A program made the position numbers and the translations under genes. A stretch of DNA of 64,000 nt from Candidatus Krumholzibacteriota bacterium (GTDB lineage: Bacteria > Krumholzibacteriota > Krumholzibacteriia > JAJRXK01): positions 64,001-128,000 of the forward strand of contig CAVXTH010000009.1 in NCBI GenBank assembly GCA_963764625.1. Reading direction: 5' to 3'. How positions within the stretch are numbered: position 1 is the first letter of the stretch; each line of letters starts with the position of its first letter. This document shows, piece by piece, positions 48,989-57,184 of the stretch. The notes beneath the pieces were generated by a model, which had not been told where the DNA came from, made no database searches, and saw only the letters and a list, made by a program, of their open reading frames with translations.

Positions 48989-49017
48989 TTGACGCAGAAG
49001 GAAAACGGTTACATTCT
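48989..49017 (+). promoter_or_regulatory. Promoter with overlapping putative LacI operator 3 upstream of exbB
   Basis: TTGACG (48989-94); GGAAAACGGTTACA (49000-13); weak -10 candidates TACATT or CATTCT. Confidence 0.55.
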
Positions 49018-49148
49018 CGAATCCAGCCTGGGCGAGGTGCCAGCCTCTCGTGGCGCGGCCAGAGAGAGCGGCTGGCAACACTGAGACAGTAAGGAACCGG
49101 CATCCGGTCCAAGGGCGGACGTCGTCAACGAAAGGCAAAGTACCAGGA

Positions 49149-49865
49149 ATGAAGAACTATGTACTCGTGCCCATCTTCATCCTCTCCATCGTCGTATCTT
49201 GGTACATTTGGACCAATACGCCCGCGTACATCAAACAAGGTGGCCCTCTTCTGATCCTGGGCCTCTCCTGTCTATTCCTAGTCCTGACCTTTGCCGTGGA
49301 GCGATTTATCGTCCTGTGGCGAGCTGGCGGCAGAGGAGGGGTCCAGACCTTCATCCGGAACCTCAAGGAATCCGTGCATTCGGGAAAGATCGGAGACGCG
49401 GTCGAAGCTTGTAAGAAGCAGGGGGGAAGCCTGGCCAACGTCGTGGGCGCGGGGCTGGATCGCTATCAAAGGGTGGCCGGCAATGGAAACAAGCCCAAGG
49501 AAACCCTGGAAGAGACCCGGCGTGCCATTCGCGAGGCGAACGCACTGGAGAGCCCACATCTCGAACGAAACCTGACCGCACTTTCCACCATCGCATCCAT
49601 CGCGACTTTGCTGGGTCTCTTGGGAACCACCATCGGGATGATACGTGCATTCCAGGCCATGTCCCACGCGGGCGCTCCTGATGCCACGCAGCTCGCCCTG
49701 GGTATCTCCGAGGCCCTGGTGAACACGGCACTCGGCCTGGTTACCGCGATCATCGGGACGGTCCTCTTCAACTACTTCACCACTCGAGTGGACGATTTCA
49801 ATAACACCATGGAAGAAACCTCCTATGAGGTACTGCAGCTGCTGGAGCTGAGAGAGGAATCGTAA
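49149..49865 (+). CDS. exbB: ExbB (MotA/TolQ/ExbB) proton channel
   Basis: 'LERNLTALSTIASIATLLGLLGTTIGMIRAF', 'LALGISEALVNTALGL'. Confidence 0.93.
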   Translation: MKNYVLVPIFILSIVVSWYIWTNTPAYIKQGGPLLILGLSCLFLVLTFAVERFIVLWRAGGRGGVQTFIRNLKESVHSGKIGDAVEACKKQGGSLANVVGAGLDRYQRVAGNGNKPKETLEETRRAIREANALESPHLERNLTALSTIASIATLLGLLGTTIGMIRAFQAMSHAGAPDATQLALGISEALVNTALGLVTAIIGTVLFNYFTTRVDDFNNTMEETSYEVLQLLELREES

Positions 49866-49868
49866 GTC

Positions 49869-50306
49869 GTGGCGCGACGCATTCCCGTACGCATCGACAT
49901 GACCCCCATGGTGGACGTGGCATTCCTGCTCCTGATTTTTTTCATGTCCACCACGCAGTTCAAGCCACCCGAGCAAATCGCGGTTCGGCTGCCAGCTTCG
50001 ACTTCCAAGCTGATGGTTCCAGAGACGAACACGATCATTCTGACCGTCACGAAGGAGGGGGGCTTCTATATTTCGAGTGAGAATGCCGCGGATACGCAGG
50101 AAGTCGCCCCCGACGATCTCCAGAACGCCATCATGGCATGGCGCAGTCAAAATCCCAACGCGGTCGTGATCCTCAAAGGAGATCGCGATGCCTCTTTCGG
50201 GCCCATAGCCGATTTGATGGATGCGCTAGCCGAGTCGAAGACCCTCCGCTTCAATCTGATGACGGATTTGAAGCGCGATAAAGAGCCGACCGATCAGGTG
50301 AAATAG
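49869..50306 (+). CDS. exbD: ExbD/TolR biopolymer transport protein
   Basis: 'IDMTPMVDVAFLLLIFFM', 'LKGDRDA'. Confidence 0.93.
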   Translation: MARRIPVRIDMTPMVDVAFLLLIFFMSTTQFKPPEQIAVRLPASTSKLMVPETNTIILTVTKEGGFYISSENAADTQEVAPDDLQNAIMAWRSQNPNAVVILKGDRDASFGPIADLMDALAESKTLRFNLMTDLKRDKEPTDQVK

Positions 50307-50318
50307 GGAGTCCCGACG

Positions 50319-50819
50319 ATGGCAGAGATTCAAACAGTTGATCGCAAAAAAGCGGAATCCCCGGAGGATCCGGGATTGGGTCGCCGGAAAAAGAGGGTCG
50401 GAATTAGGATCGATATGACGCCGATGGTCGATATCGCGTTTCTCCTGCTGATATTCTTCATGGTTACCACCGTTTTCCGTCGGCCTCTCGCAATGGAGGT
50501 AAATCTTCCAGAGTCGGGGGCCACGGTCATGGTGCCCGAGTCGAATGTCATGACTCTCTATGTCAACGCCGAGGAGCAACTCTTTTACAAGTTGGGAAAA
50601 GGCGAGCTCAGTTCGGTTCCCTGGGAAGATCTGGATCCTCTGTTCCGACAGAGTCTGGAACAAAATCCGGCGCTCATCGTTTTGGTGAAGATCAGTCGGG
50701 CTGCGCGCTATGAGCGCATGGTGGACATGATGGATACACTCGACGACGCTCACATGGAGCGATTCAGTTTGGTCCCCATGGCTCCTGGTGACGCCGAGAT
50801 CTTGGAAGGAAAGAAATGA
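50319..50819 (+). CDS. exbD: ExbD/TolR biopolymer transport protein (second copy)
   Basis: 'IDMTPMVDIAFLLLIFFMVTT', 'ARYERMVDMMD'. Confidence 0.93.
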   Translation: MAEIQTVDRKKAESPEDPGLGRRKKRVGIRIDMTPMVDIAFLLLIFFMVTTVFRRPLAMEVNLPESGATVMVPESNVMTLYVNAEEQLFYKLGKGELSSVPWEDLDPLFRQSLEQNPALIVLVKISRAARYERMVDMMDTLDDAHMERFSLVPMAPGDAEILEGKK

Positions 50820-51589
50820 GCTCCAAGAACTCGATGCATATTCCCTGGGCTTTTTCTCTGGATGATGCGCCGCGTTTGCCTCTGACCGGGGAGGACCATC
50901 CTCTCAAGCGGGAGCTCGGGCGATGGCTATGTTGGGGAAACGCCGCGGCGATCCTGTTTGGGATCGTATTCTTCGGGGGTTGGTATCTTATCCGTCACTT
51001 GGAGGGCAACAGGGCTCCAGTAGAACGAGAAGTGCATATCGTGCGCTATACAGAATTGGGGGTTCCACCTTCCCTCTCCACGCCAAAGGCCCCCCAAGTG
51101 AATGTTGCCGAAGCAGTGGCTCGGGCCGTGAAGCCCCCCTCGATTGGCGTGCCGGAGCCCGTTCCCGATGAGATGGCGCAAAGTACGACGATTGCAACCA
51201 CCGCGGAGATGTCGGAGTTTCTCGCTCCTATCACCATGGAAGACCTCGGCATCGAGGCTGGGGACCCCTTCGTGGTCGATTTGGATGTTGAGGTTCAGCC
51301 GAAGCCTGATGAATTCGTCGCGGTGGAAGAAGAGCCCGTCAGAATCAGTATCGATGCTCCTATCTATCCGGAAGTAGCGAAAGCAGCTGGCGTCGAAGGA
51401 ACGGTGCACGTCCGGGCTCTGGTCGGAAAAGACGGTAAGGTCGCCAAGTGTGTCATCCTCGATGGCCAAGAGATGCTCAACGATGCCGCCATTGCATGCG
51501 CCAAAACCGCCATCTTTCGACCCGCTCTACTCCAACATCGTCCCGTCGAAGTCTGGGTGATCATCCCTGTGACCTTCAAGATCCACTGA
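50816..51589 (+). CDS. tonB: Energy transducer TonB
   Basis: TM anchor, Pro-rich linker, 'PIYPEVAKAAGVEGTVHVRALVGKDGKV', 'FRPA...PV.VW..IPVTF'. Confidence 0.92.
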   Translation: MSSKNSMHIPWAFSLDDAPRLPLTGEDHPLKRELGRWLCWGNAAAILFGIVFFGGWYLIRHLEGNRAPVEREVHIVRYTELGVPPSLSTPKAPQVNVAEAVARAVKPPSIGVPEPVPDEMAQSTTIATTAEMSEFLAPITMEDLGIEAGDPFVVDLDVEVQPKPDEFVAVEEEPVRISIDAPIYPEVAKAAGVEGTVHVRALVGKDGKVAKCVILDGQEMLNDAAIACAKTAIFRPALLQHRPVEVWVIIPVTFKIH

Positions 51590-51812
51590 GGCGCGCGACT
51601 CAACAAGATGTTCTCATCTCGTCAGTTAGGGGCATGAGTACCTCCAACAATCGCGATGCTTCGGGCCCCTGGAGTAAATGCCGGCCACTTTCGATGCCAA
51701 CCGTACGATCCAGCCCGCCCTCAGGGCCTTGGCTTCACCCCCATGAAAACCTTAGATTAGAGGGCACCGCTAGCCGGTTGCCCACGTCTCCTCAAAGCTA
51801 GAGGTTATTACC

Positions 51813-53345
51813 ATGAGGTCCCCTCTCGCCTCCGTTTCGCTTTTCTCTTCTCTTCTGATCTTCGCGTTCGCGGGCTGTTCGGACACCACGGCGCCGACTC
51901 CGTCTAGTCCCACGGATGGGGGAGCGGTCTTCGACGGCTCGTTTGACGCGGGCGGCGGCTCCTTCGTGATGCAACGCATCGAGGAACCCGTCCCGGGACA
52001 TCTGCCTCTGCTCATCGAACTCGTCGGAAGCAACGTTCAAGTCGACGCGTCTCTCGGGATGGTCTCGGTCGATGTCGCCATCCGCAACGCGGGCTCTGAG
52101 GCGCTCTACGCTCCGGCCACGATTTGGTTGAATCGTTTTGCTCCCCCCGGTGTAGCACCCACCAACGCGGACCTTACTGGCGACAGTGCCGATTCCATCT
52201 CCACCGCTCCCACTCTAGCAGTCTATGGCTTCGACTACTCCGAGCTTTTGGGTGGCGATGGCATGCTCGCGCCGAACGAAAGTTCACAACCGAAGACCTG
52301 GACCTTCCACGATCCCGGTTTGGGCTCATTCTCTTTCAGCGCGCGAGCAGAGTTCGGGATGGAGCCCGGTCGACCGGTGATCGCGGGCATGTTGTTCAGC
52401 GACGACAACCAAAACGGAATTCGGGATGACGGCGAAGGACCATACTTTGGTGGTGGCGTAAGTATCGAAGCTCCTGACGGAAGCGCCCTTCAGGCTCAGA
52501 TGGACGAAGCCGGAGCGTACCGTGTACCCGTGACGCAAGCTGGTCTCTACCGGGTCCGCTTCGTGAGCGAGCTCGCGTGTCCCGCGTGCTGGTGCGAGAC
52601 GACGCCGAATCCCCTGGAGGTATTCATCACCCAAGGGCCTGATGGGCAGCTGAACAGCTACGAACACGCCGACTTCGGCATCTATCCCGGACCATGTGGT
52701 GACCCGTCACCTGCCGTTCACCCGGTGGTGCTCACGGAGCTTTCGCTGGATCAAATCGAGCAGGACTCCTATCAGCCCATCTGGGCCAAGCTCGTTGGGA
52801 ACACATTCTACATCCGCGTGGGCTACAGCGGTTGTTCGCCGGATCATCCCTTCAAGCTCTATGCGGGACGGGCCTTCATGGAATCCGATCCAGTGCAGAC
52901 CTGGATGGTGCTCCAGCACGACGATCGGGGCGAAGCGTGCCGCACGTACTTCGAGAAGACGCTCGCGTTCGATCTCGTTCCCATCCAAGATGCGCACATC
53001 GAAGACTATGGCTCGCCAGGCAAAGTACGACTTCGATTCCGCGACTTCATGGGCAACGATTCGGAATTCCTCTACGATCCAGTGGTGATCTTGCTGAATG
53101 GAACCGTGACGCGGATCGATGACCAGGTGCCGTCCGATGGTGGGGTGGTGATCGAGCTAAAGCTCGACAGTGGGGAGACGGCGCAGGTCTTCTTCGGCTC
53201 GCTGTTCACCTATCCCCCTCCGCCCGCCTGGAGAACCGAGCTCTACCATGTGATCACGAGCCTGGTGGTGGGAGATCAGGTGATGGCCAAGGGAATGCTC
53301 GTCCAGGGAGGAATTTCTCTCGTGGGGCTCACGATTCTCCATTGA
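51813..53345 (+). CDS. Multidomain lipoprotein with SdrD B-like domain
   Basis: Lipobox FAGC; 'IAGMLFSDDNQNGIRDDGE...GAYR...ADFG'; later 'VGYSGCSPDHPF...LQHDDRGEAC...FDL' domain. Confidence 0.7.
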   Translation: MRSPLASVSLFSSLLIFAFAGCSDTTAPTPSSPTDGGAVFDGSFDAGGGSFVMQRIEEPVPGHLPLLIELVGSNVQVDASLGMVSVDVAIRNAGSEALYAPATIWLNRFAPPGVAPTNADLTGDSADSISTAPTLAVYGFDYSELLGGDGMLAPNESSQPKTWTFHDPGLGSFSFSARAEFGMEPGRPVIAGMLFSDDNQNGIRDDGEGPYFGGGVSIEAPDGSALQAQMDEAGAYRVPVTQAGLYRVRFVSELACPACWCETTPNPLEVFITQGPDGQLNSYEHADFGIYPGPCGDPSPAVHPVVLTELSLDQIEQDSYQPIWAKLVGNTFYIRVGYSGCSPDHPFKLYAGRAFMESDPVQTWMVLQHDDRGEACRTYFEKTLAFDLVPIQDAHIEDYGSPGKVRLRFRDFMGNDSEFLYDPVVILLNGTVTRIDDQVPSDGGVVIELKLDSGETAQVFFGSLFTYPPPPAWRTELYHVITSLVVGDQVMAKGMLVQGGISLVGLTILH

Positions 53346-53507
53346 TGAGGCATGACCATTCCTCAGTTGTTTCCAGCTTCCCCTTCCACCAATATGAGCT
53401 CGTGATGGGCCCCTGGATCTGAACACAGCCCGCGAGCCGCATTCCCAAGAGAGGTTGGGCAATCTCCTGGCTGGCGGAAGGACCTTCCGAAACCTGAGGA
53501 TACGGCC

Positions 53508-55919
53508 ATGAGGCGACCCGAAAGTGGCACATTCGTGCGCATCATGCGCCGTCTGCCTTTCACGGTGGCTCTCATCATCGCGGTGCTGACCGTTTCTTCT
53601 GTCGCCGGCGTGTTGAGTCGTCCCATCAGCGCGGTTCAGCTCAGGCATTGGGGATTCGGCTGGGAGGATCTGCTTGCCGGGCGCCTCTGGCACCTCTTGA
53701 GCGCGCCGTTTTTGGTGTTGCGTCCCTACATGGCGCTGACGATCACGGCCATCCTCCTTTTCTTCGTAGGAAGCTGCGAGCTACTTCTCAGGACCAAGCG
53801 AACCATCGTGGTTTTCATCAGCTCCCATGTGCTGGGGTATTTGGGAGCCTTCGTATTGTTGCGCATACTATCTCGAGCTGGCTGGAAGGCCGCCACGGCC
53901 ATGACCATCCATGGTGACGTCGGCGCATCGAACGGTGCCTTCGGAGCGATCGGCGCTCTCCTCGTCTTCTTGCCCGCCACCGTACGCACGACGGGATTTC
54001 TCTTCCTTGGAACCTATCTAATCGGCGCTCTCATCGTGGAGGGTCAAGTCTGGGACGTGCAGCACATCGTGGCCTTTTTGTGTGGGATGGCTCTGGGTAC
54101 CCTGCTGTTTTGGCGCGACTCGAGAAACCAAGAAGGACAGAGGCTCACGAAAGTCGTGCTCCATCGGCAACGACCACGTCTGATGTCCTGGCTCGTGGGT
54201 GGAATGGGTGTCGTGAACGTCCTATCCGCGGCGTTGCTTCCCAACCATGCAGGCTTCGAGCGTCTCGAACGGGTCCTGCCTCTGGGCTTGCCTCACGGCC
54301 CTCGCATGATGCTGATGTTCGGAGGTCTTTTGCAGCTCTTGGTGGCTGGATCCCTGAGGCGAGCGCAACGGGTTGCCTGGTGGCTCGCGTTTCTGCTGCT
54401 GCTCATGACGACGGTTCTGCAACTGATTCTAGGTGTGACCAAGCTAGAGGCTCTGTTCGCGTTTCTTTTCCTCCTCATGCTCGTGGCCTGGAAGGAGGAT
54501 TTCCCCGCTCCGGTTGATCCGCCATCCTTGAGAGCGGCGGGCTCACGAACTCTGGGCATCTTGCTTGGGGTGCCCTTGGTTTCGTGGGTGAGCGTGCTGG
54601 CACTTCGTGGATTCTACCTCGATTTTTCCGGCCCCATCGCGAGCCTGCATGATGTGCTGCGAAGGCTCCTCTACTTGACGCCGACTCTGGTTCCGGCAGG
54701 GAAGCGGGGCGACTGGCTTCTCGAAGCCATCCCATTGGTGTTCTGGTCGGGAATTCTCCTCGTTCTGGCTCAGACTCTGCGTGCGGTGCGAGCACCGCGG
54801 GCGAATCCCAGCGAGCTGACCCGAGTGCGAGGACTCGCGCTCGAACATGGGCGCACCGGAACCGATTTCATGACCACCTGGTCCGGCAATTCCTACTTTT
54901 TCGGGCCGGGCGGTCTCTCTTACATTGCCTATCGGCTTCAGTCGGGAATCGCGGTGGCGCTCGGTGACCCGGTCGGTGTCGATAGCATGCGCGGAGCTAC
55001 TCTCCATGCCTTTATCGGCTTCTGTCGGGAGCGGGGTTGGTCGCCGGCCGTGATCGGTGCTACGTCGGCGGCGCGAACCATCTACGAAGAAAGCGGGTTC
55101 CGGCTGCTGCAAATCGGCGAGGAAGCGATCCTCAAGCTCGGTTCCCTCGAATTCAAGGGCAAGGAATGGCAGAACATGCGGACGGCCCTGAATCGAGCGC
55201 AAAAATTCAACCTTGTCTTCCAACTCTTCGAGGGCGGCCACGTTCCGCCCGAGATCGAGACACAGTTGAGGGACATCGAGGACACCTGGACCAAAGACCA
55301 GCAGCTTCCGCCGATGGAATTTACCCTGGGACGGGTCGATGACATCCACGACCCCGAGGTCGAAGTGGCCGTGGCGGTAGATGCAGCGGGCAAAGTACAT
55401 GGATACGTGGACTGGCTTCCCGTGACCGAGAGGCAAGGGTGGGTGCTCGACCTCATGAGACGCCGCCGCGATGCGATGAGCGGGACGATGGAATTCTTGC
55501 TTGGCATGTCCCTCCTCAGGTTCCAACAACGAGGCGATCGCTTCGCCAGTCTTGCGACGGCGCCGCTGGCCGATCTGAACCGAGATGATGATCAAACTCT
55601 CGTGCCGCGTTTGCTTGGGCTTCTTTTCGAGCGATTCAAAGCTCCGTACGATTTCCGGTCCCTCTTCGAGTTCAAGAGTCGTTTTCAGCCGCACTGGGAA
55701 CCGGTGTATCTCGCGTACCTCGATCCGGTCGAATTGCCTACAGTTGCGCTCGCGGTCCTCCGGGCGCATCTGCCTGACCTGGGCTGGGCCCAGGCCATCA
55801 AGCTGTTGGGAGGCACTCTGGTGGAAAGACTCCAGAATTCGGCCGGTGCAGCACTGCCGCAGATACCGGGCTTGTCGCGAATGAGAGAAGATGAACCTTC
55901 GCCACCAGAAGAAGGGTAG
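53508..55919 (+). CDS. Rhomboid-like N-terminal domain fused to aminoacyl-phosphatidylglycerol synthase domain (DUF2156; LysX/MprF C-terminal type)
   Basis: 'RLWHLLSAPF', 'DVGASNG', 'QHIVAFLCG'; then 'AVALGDPVG', 'QIGEEA', 'FKGKEWQNMRTALNRA', 'MEFTLG', 'LDLMRRR', 'YDFRSLFEFKSRFQPHWEPVYL'. Confidence 0.85.
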   Translation: MRRPESGTFVRIMRRLPFTVALIIAVLTVSSVAGVLSRPISAVQLRHWGFGWEDLLAGRLWHLLSAPFLVLRPYMALTITAILLFFVGSCELLLRTKRTIVVFISSHVLGYLGAFVLLRILSRAGWKAATAMTIHGDVGASNGAFGAIGALLVFLPATVRTTGFLFLGTYLIGALIVEGQVWDVQHIVAFLCGMALGTLLFWRDSRNQEGQRLTKVVLHRQRPRLMSWLVGGMGVVNVLSAALLPNHAGFERLERVLPLGLPHGPRMMLMFGGLLQLLVAGSLRRAQRVAWWLAFLLLLMTTVLQLILGVTKLEALFAFLFLLMLVAWKEDFPAPVDPPSLRAAGSRTLGILLGVPLVSWVSVLALRGFYLDFSGPIASLHDVLRRLLYLTPTLVPAGKRGDWLLEAIPLVFWSGILLVLAQTLRAVRAPRANPSELTRVRGLALEHGRTGTDFMTTWSGNSYFFGPGGLSYIAYRLQSGIAVALGDPVGVDSMRGATLHAFIGFCRERGWSPAVIGATSAARTIYEESGFRLLQIGEEAILKLGSLEFKGKEWQNMRTALNRAQKFNLVFQLFEGGHVPPEIETQLRDIEDTWTKDQQLPPMEFTLGRVDDIHDPEVEVAVAVDAAGKVHGYVDWLPVTERQGWVLDLMRRRRDAMSGTMEFLLGMSLLRFQQRGDRFASLATAPLADLNRDDDQTLVPRLLGLLFERFKAPYDFRSLFEFKSRFQPHWEPVYLAYLDPVELPTVALAVLRAHLPDLGWAQAIKLLGGTLVERLQNSAGAALPQIPGLSRMREDEPSPPEEG

Positions 55920-55964
55920 AGTAGGGTAGAGCCGTTCGAGAACCTCTTCTTGGAGGATAGCGAC

Positions 55965-56228
55965 ATGAAAGAGATACGAAACAAGACATCTCGACCGATT
56001 CGCATCGGGCTTCCCGGGGGAAAGACTCTCCACTTGGGACCATCTCAGGTCGCGCAGATCGCCGACCATGCCGCGGATCATCCCGAGATCCAGAAACTCG
56101 TAACGGAGGAAGTGATCGAGATTTTGGGTGAGGGGGAGAGATCCACTGAAAATAGGGGCCCGGGTGCCGCCAAAGAGCGGACGCGGGGAAACCTCAAGTC
56201 ATTTCGTCGTGGGCAGGGAGATCGATAG
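55965..56228 (+). CDS. Small hypothetical protein (87 aa)
   Basis: GGAGG RBS; MKEIRNKTSRPIRIGLPGGKTLHLGP...HPEIQKLV.EEVIEI. Confidence 0.7.
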   Translation: MKEIRNKTSRPIRIGLPGGKTLHLGPSQVAQIADHAADHPEIQKLVTEEVIEILGEGERSTENRGPGAAKERTRGNLKSFRRGQGDR

Positions 56229-56289
56229 CCGCACTGGGATGGATCGTTCCACCGACGCACATCGACTTTGCACATCGAGGATCTGGCCC

Positions 56290-57015
56290 TCAAGGTGAGG
56301 TCGTCGTGGCCTTGTGGGCGTGAACCCGCGTGAGCATCTCGTCGGAGACCTCACCTTGATGGCAAATGCCGCAGAAGTCGGGGCCGGGAATCACCAAACC
56401 CGCTGCCCTGGCCTTCTCCGGATCCTTCATCACCGCGATCGCCTTGTACTCGCTTCCCGCTCCGTGACAGCTTTCGCACTCGAGCGGAGGAGTGCGCTTG
56501 GCGTGGGCGGTGGTCGACCAGGAGGTGAATTGCAGCTTGTGGCACATTTTGCACTTCGCCGCCCCGATCTGCGTGAGCCCCTCCTTCGTCGCCTTCACCT
56601 CCACCGTGCCCCCGGGGTCGTCGACGCTGGACGTCGGACTCACTGGTGGCTCGCTGGGAGGCGGGGGAGGCGGTGTCATCTCGGGTTCGCTGTCGGTGGT
56701 CTTGGGAGTCAGGACTTTCGCCGGAGTTTGGGGCGTCACCTTCGGCGCGGGCGTGGGTGCCGGGACGGGGGTCGGAATCGGAGTCTCCGCGGGAACGGAG
56801 GCCTGGGCGGTGGACGAAAGATCGGTGTTCTCGGAAGGGACCTCCTGAGAGCTTTGCATGGTGTCCGAGGACACGGCCGTAGTCTCCGGAGCGGAGCTTT
56901 CCATCCGGCTCGCACTCTCCGCCGGCGCGGCCTGCCGCGGATTCTCGCGCTTCCCGCAGCCCACAAGTCCGAGAAGCGCGGCGACACACAGTACCGATGT
57001 AAACTTCAAGCTCAT
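56290..57015 (-). CDS. Triheme cytochrome c lipoprotein (c554-like domain) with Pro/Ser/Thr-rich tether
   Basis: Lipobox LVGC; CKMCH, CESCH, CGICH; 'IGAAKC..CH..QF.SW..T.HA'. Confidence 0.85.
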   Translation of the reverse strand: MSLKFTSVLCVAALLGLVGCGKRENPRQAAPAESASRMESSAPETTAVSSDTMQSSQEVPSENTDLSSTAQASVPAETPIPTPVPAPTPAPKVTPQTPAKVLTPKTTDSEPEMTPPPPPPSEPPVSPTSSVDDPGGTVEVKATKEGLTQIGAAKCKMCHKLQFTSWSTTAHAKRTPPLECESCHGAGSEYKAIAVMKDPEKARAAGLVIPGPDFCGICHQGEVSDEMLTRVHAHKATTTSP

Positions 57016-57057
57016 GGTTGGATCGTAGGGGCACGCGCGCCTTTGTGCAAGCTCCAC

Positions 57058-57180
57058 GTGCCGGCGTGGGGGGTGTACGACAATGGCTACACCCTGTACG
57101 AGATGATCTCCCTCACGGCGAGCAACGAGCCTCCCGACTCTTCGCTGTTCGTTCCGCCGGCTGAGTTCAGGGAAGGATGA
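57058..57180 (+). pseudogene. Possible 3' remnant of a DUF4412/LolA-like gene
   Basis: Reads VPAWGVYDNGYTLYEMISLTASNEPPDSSLFVPPAEFREG*; upstream in this frame is only the antisense of the cytochrome gene. Confidence 0.35.
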
Positions 57181-57184
57181 GGCT

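Noticed and set aside
54543-56081. 512-aa antisense ORF
   Set aside because: Shadow of the DUF2156 gene. Long stop-free antisense frames are expected at this GC content, and it has no motifs.
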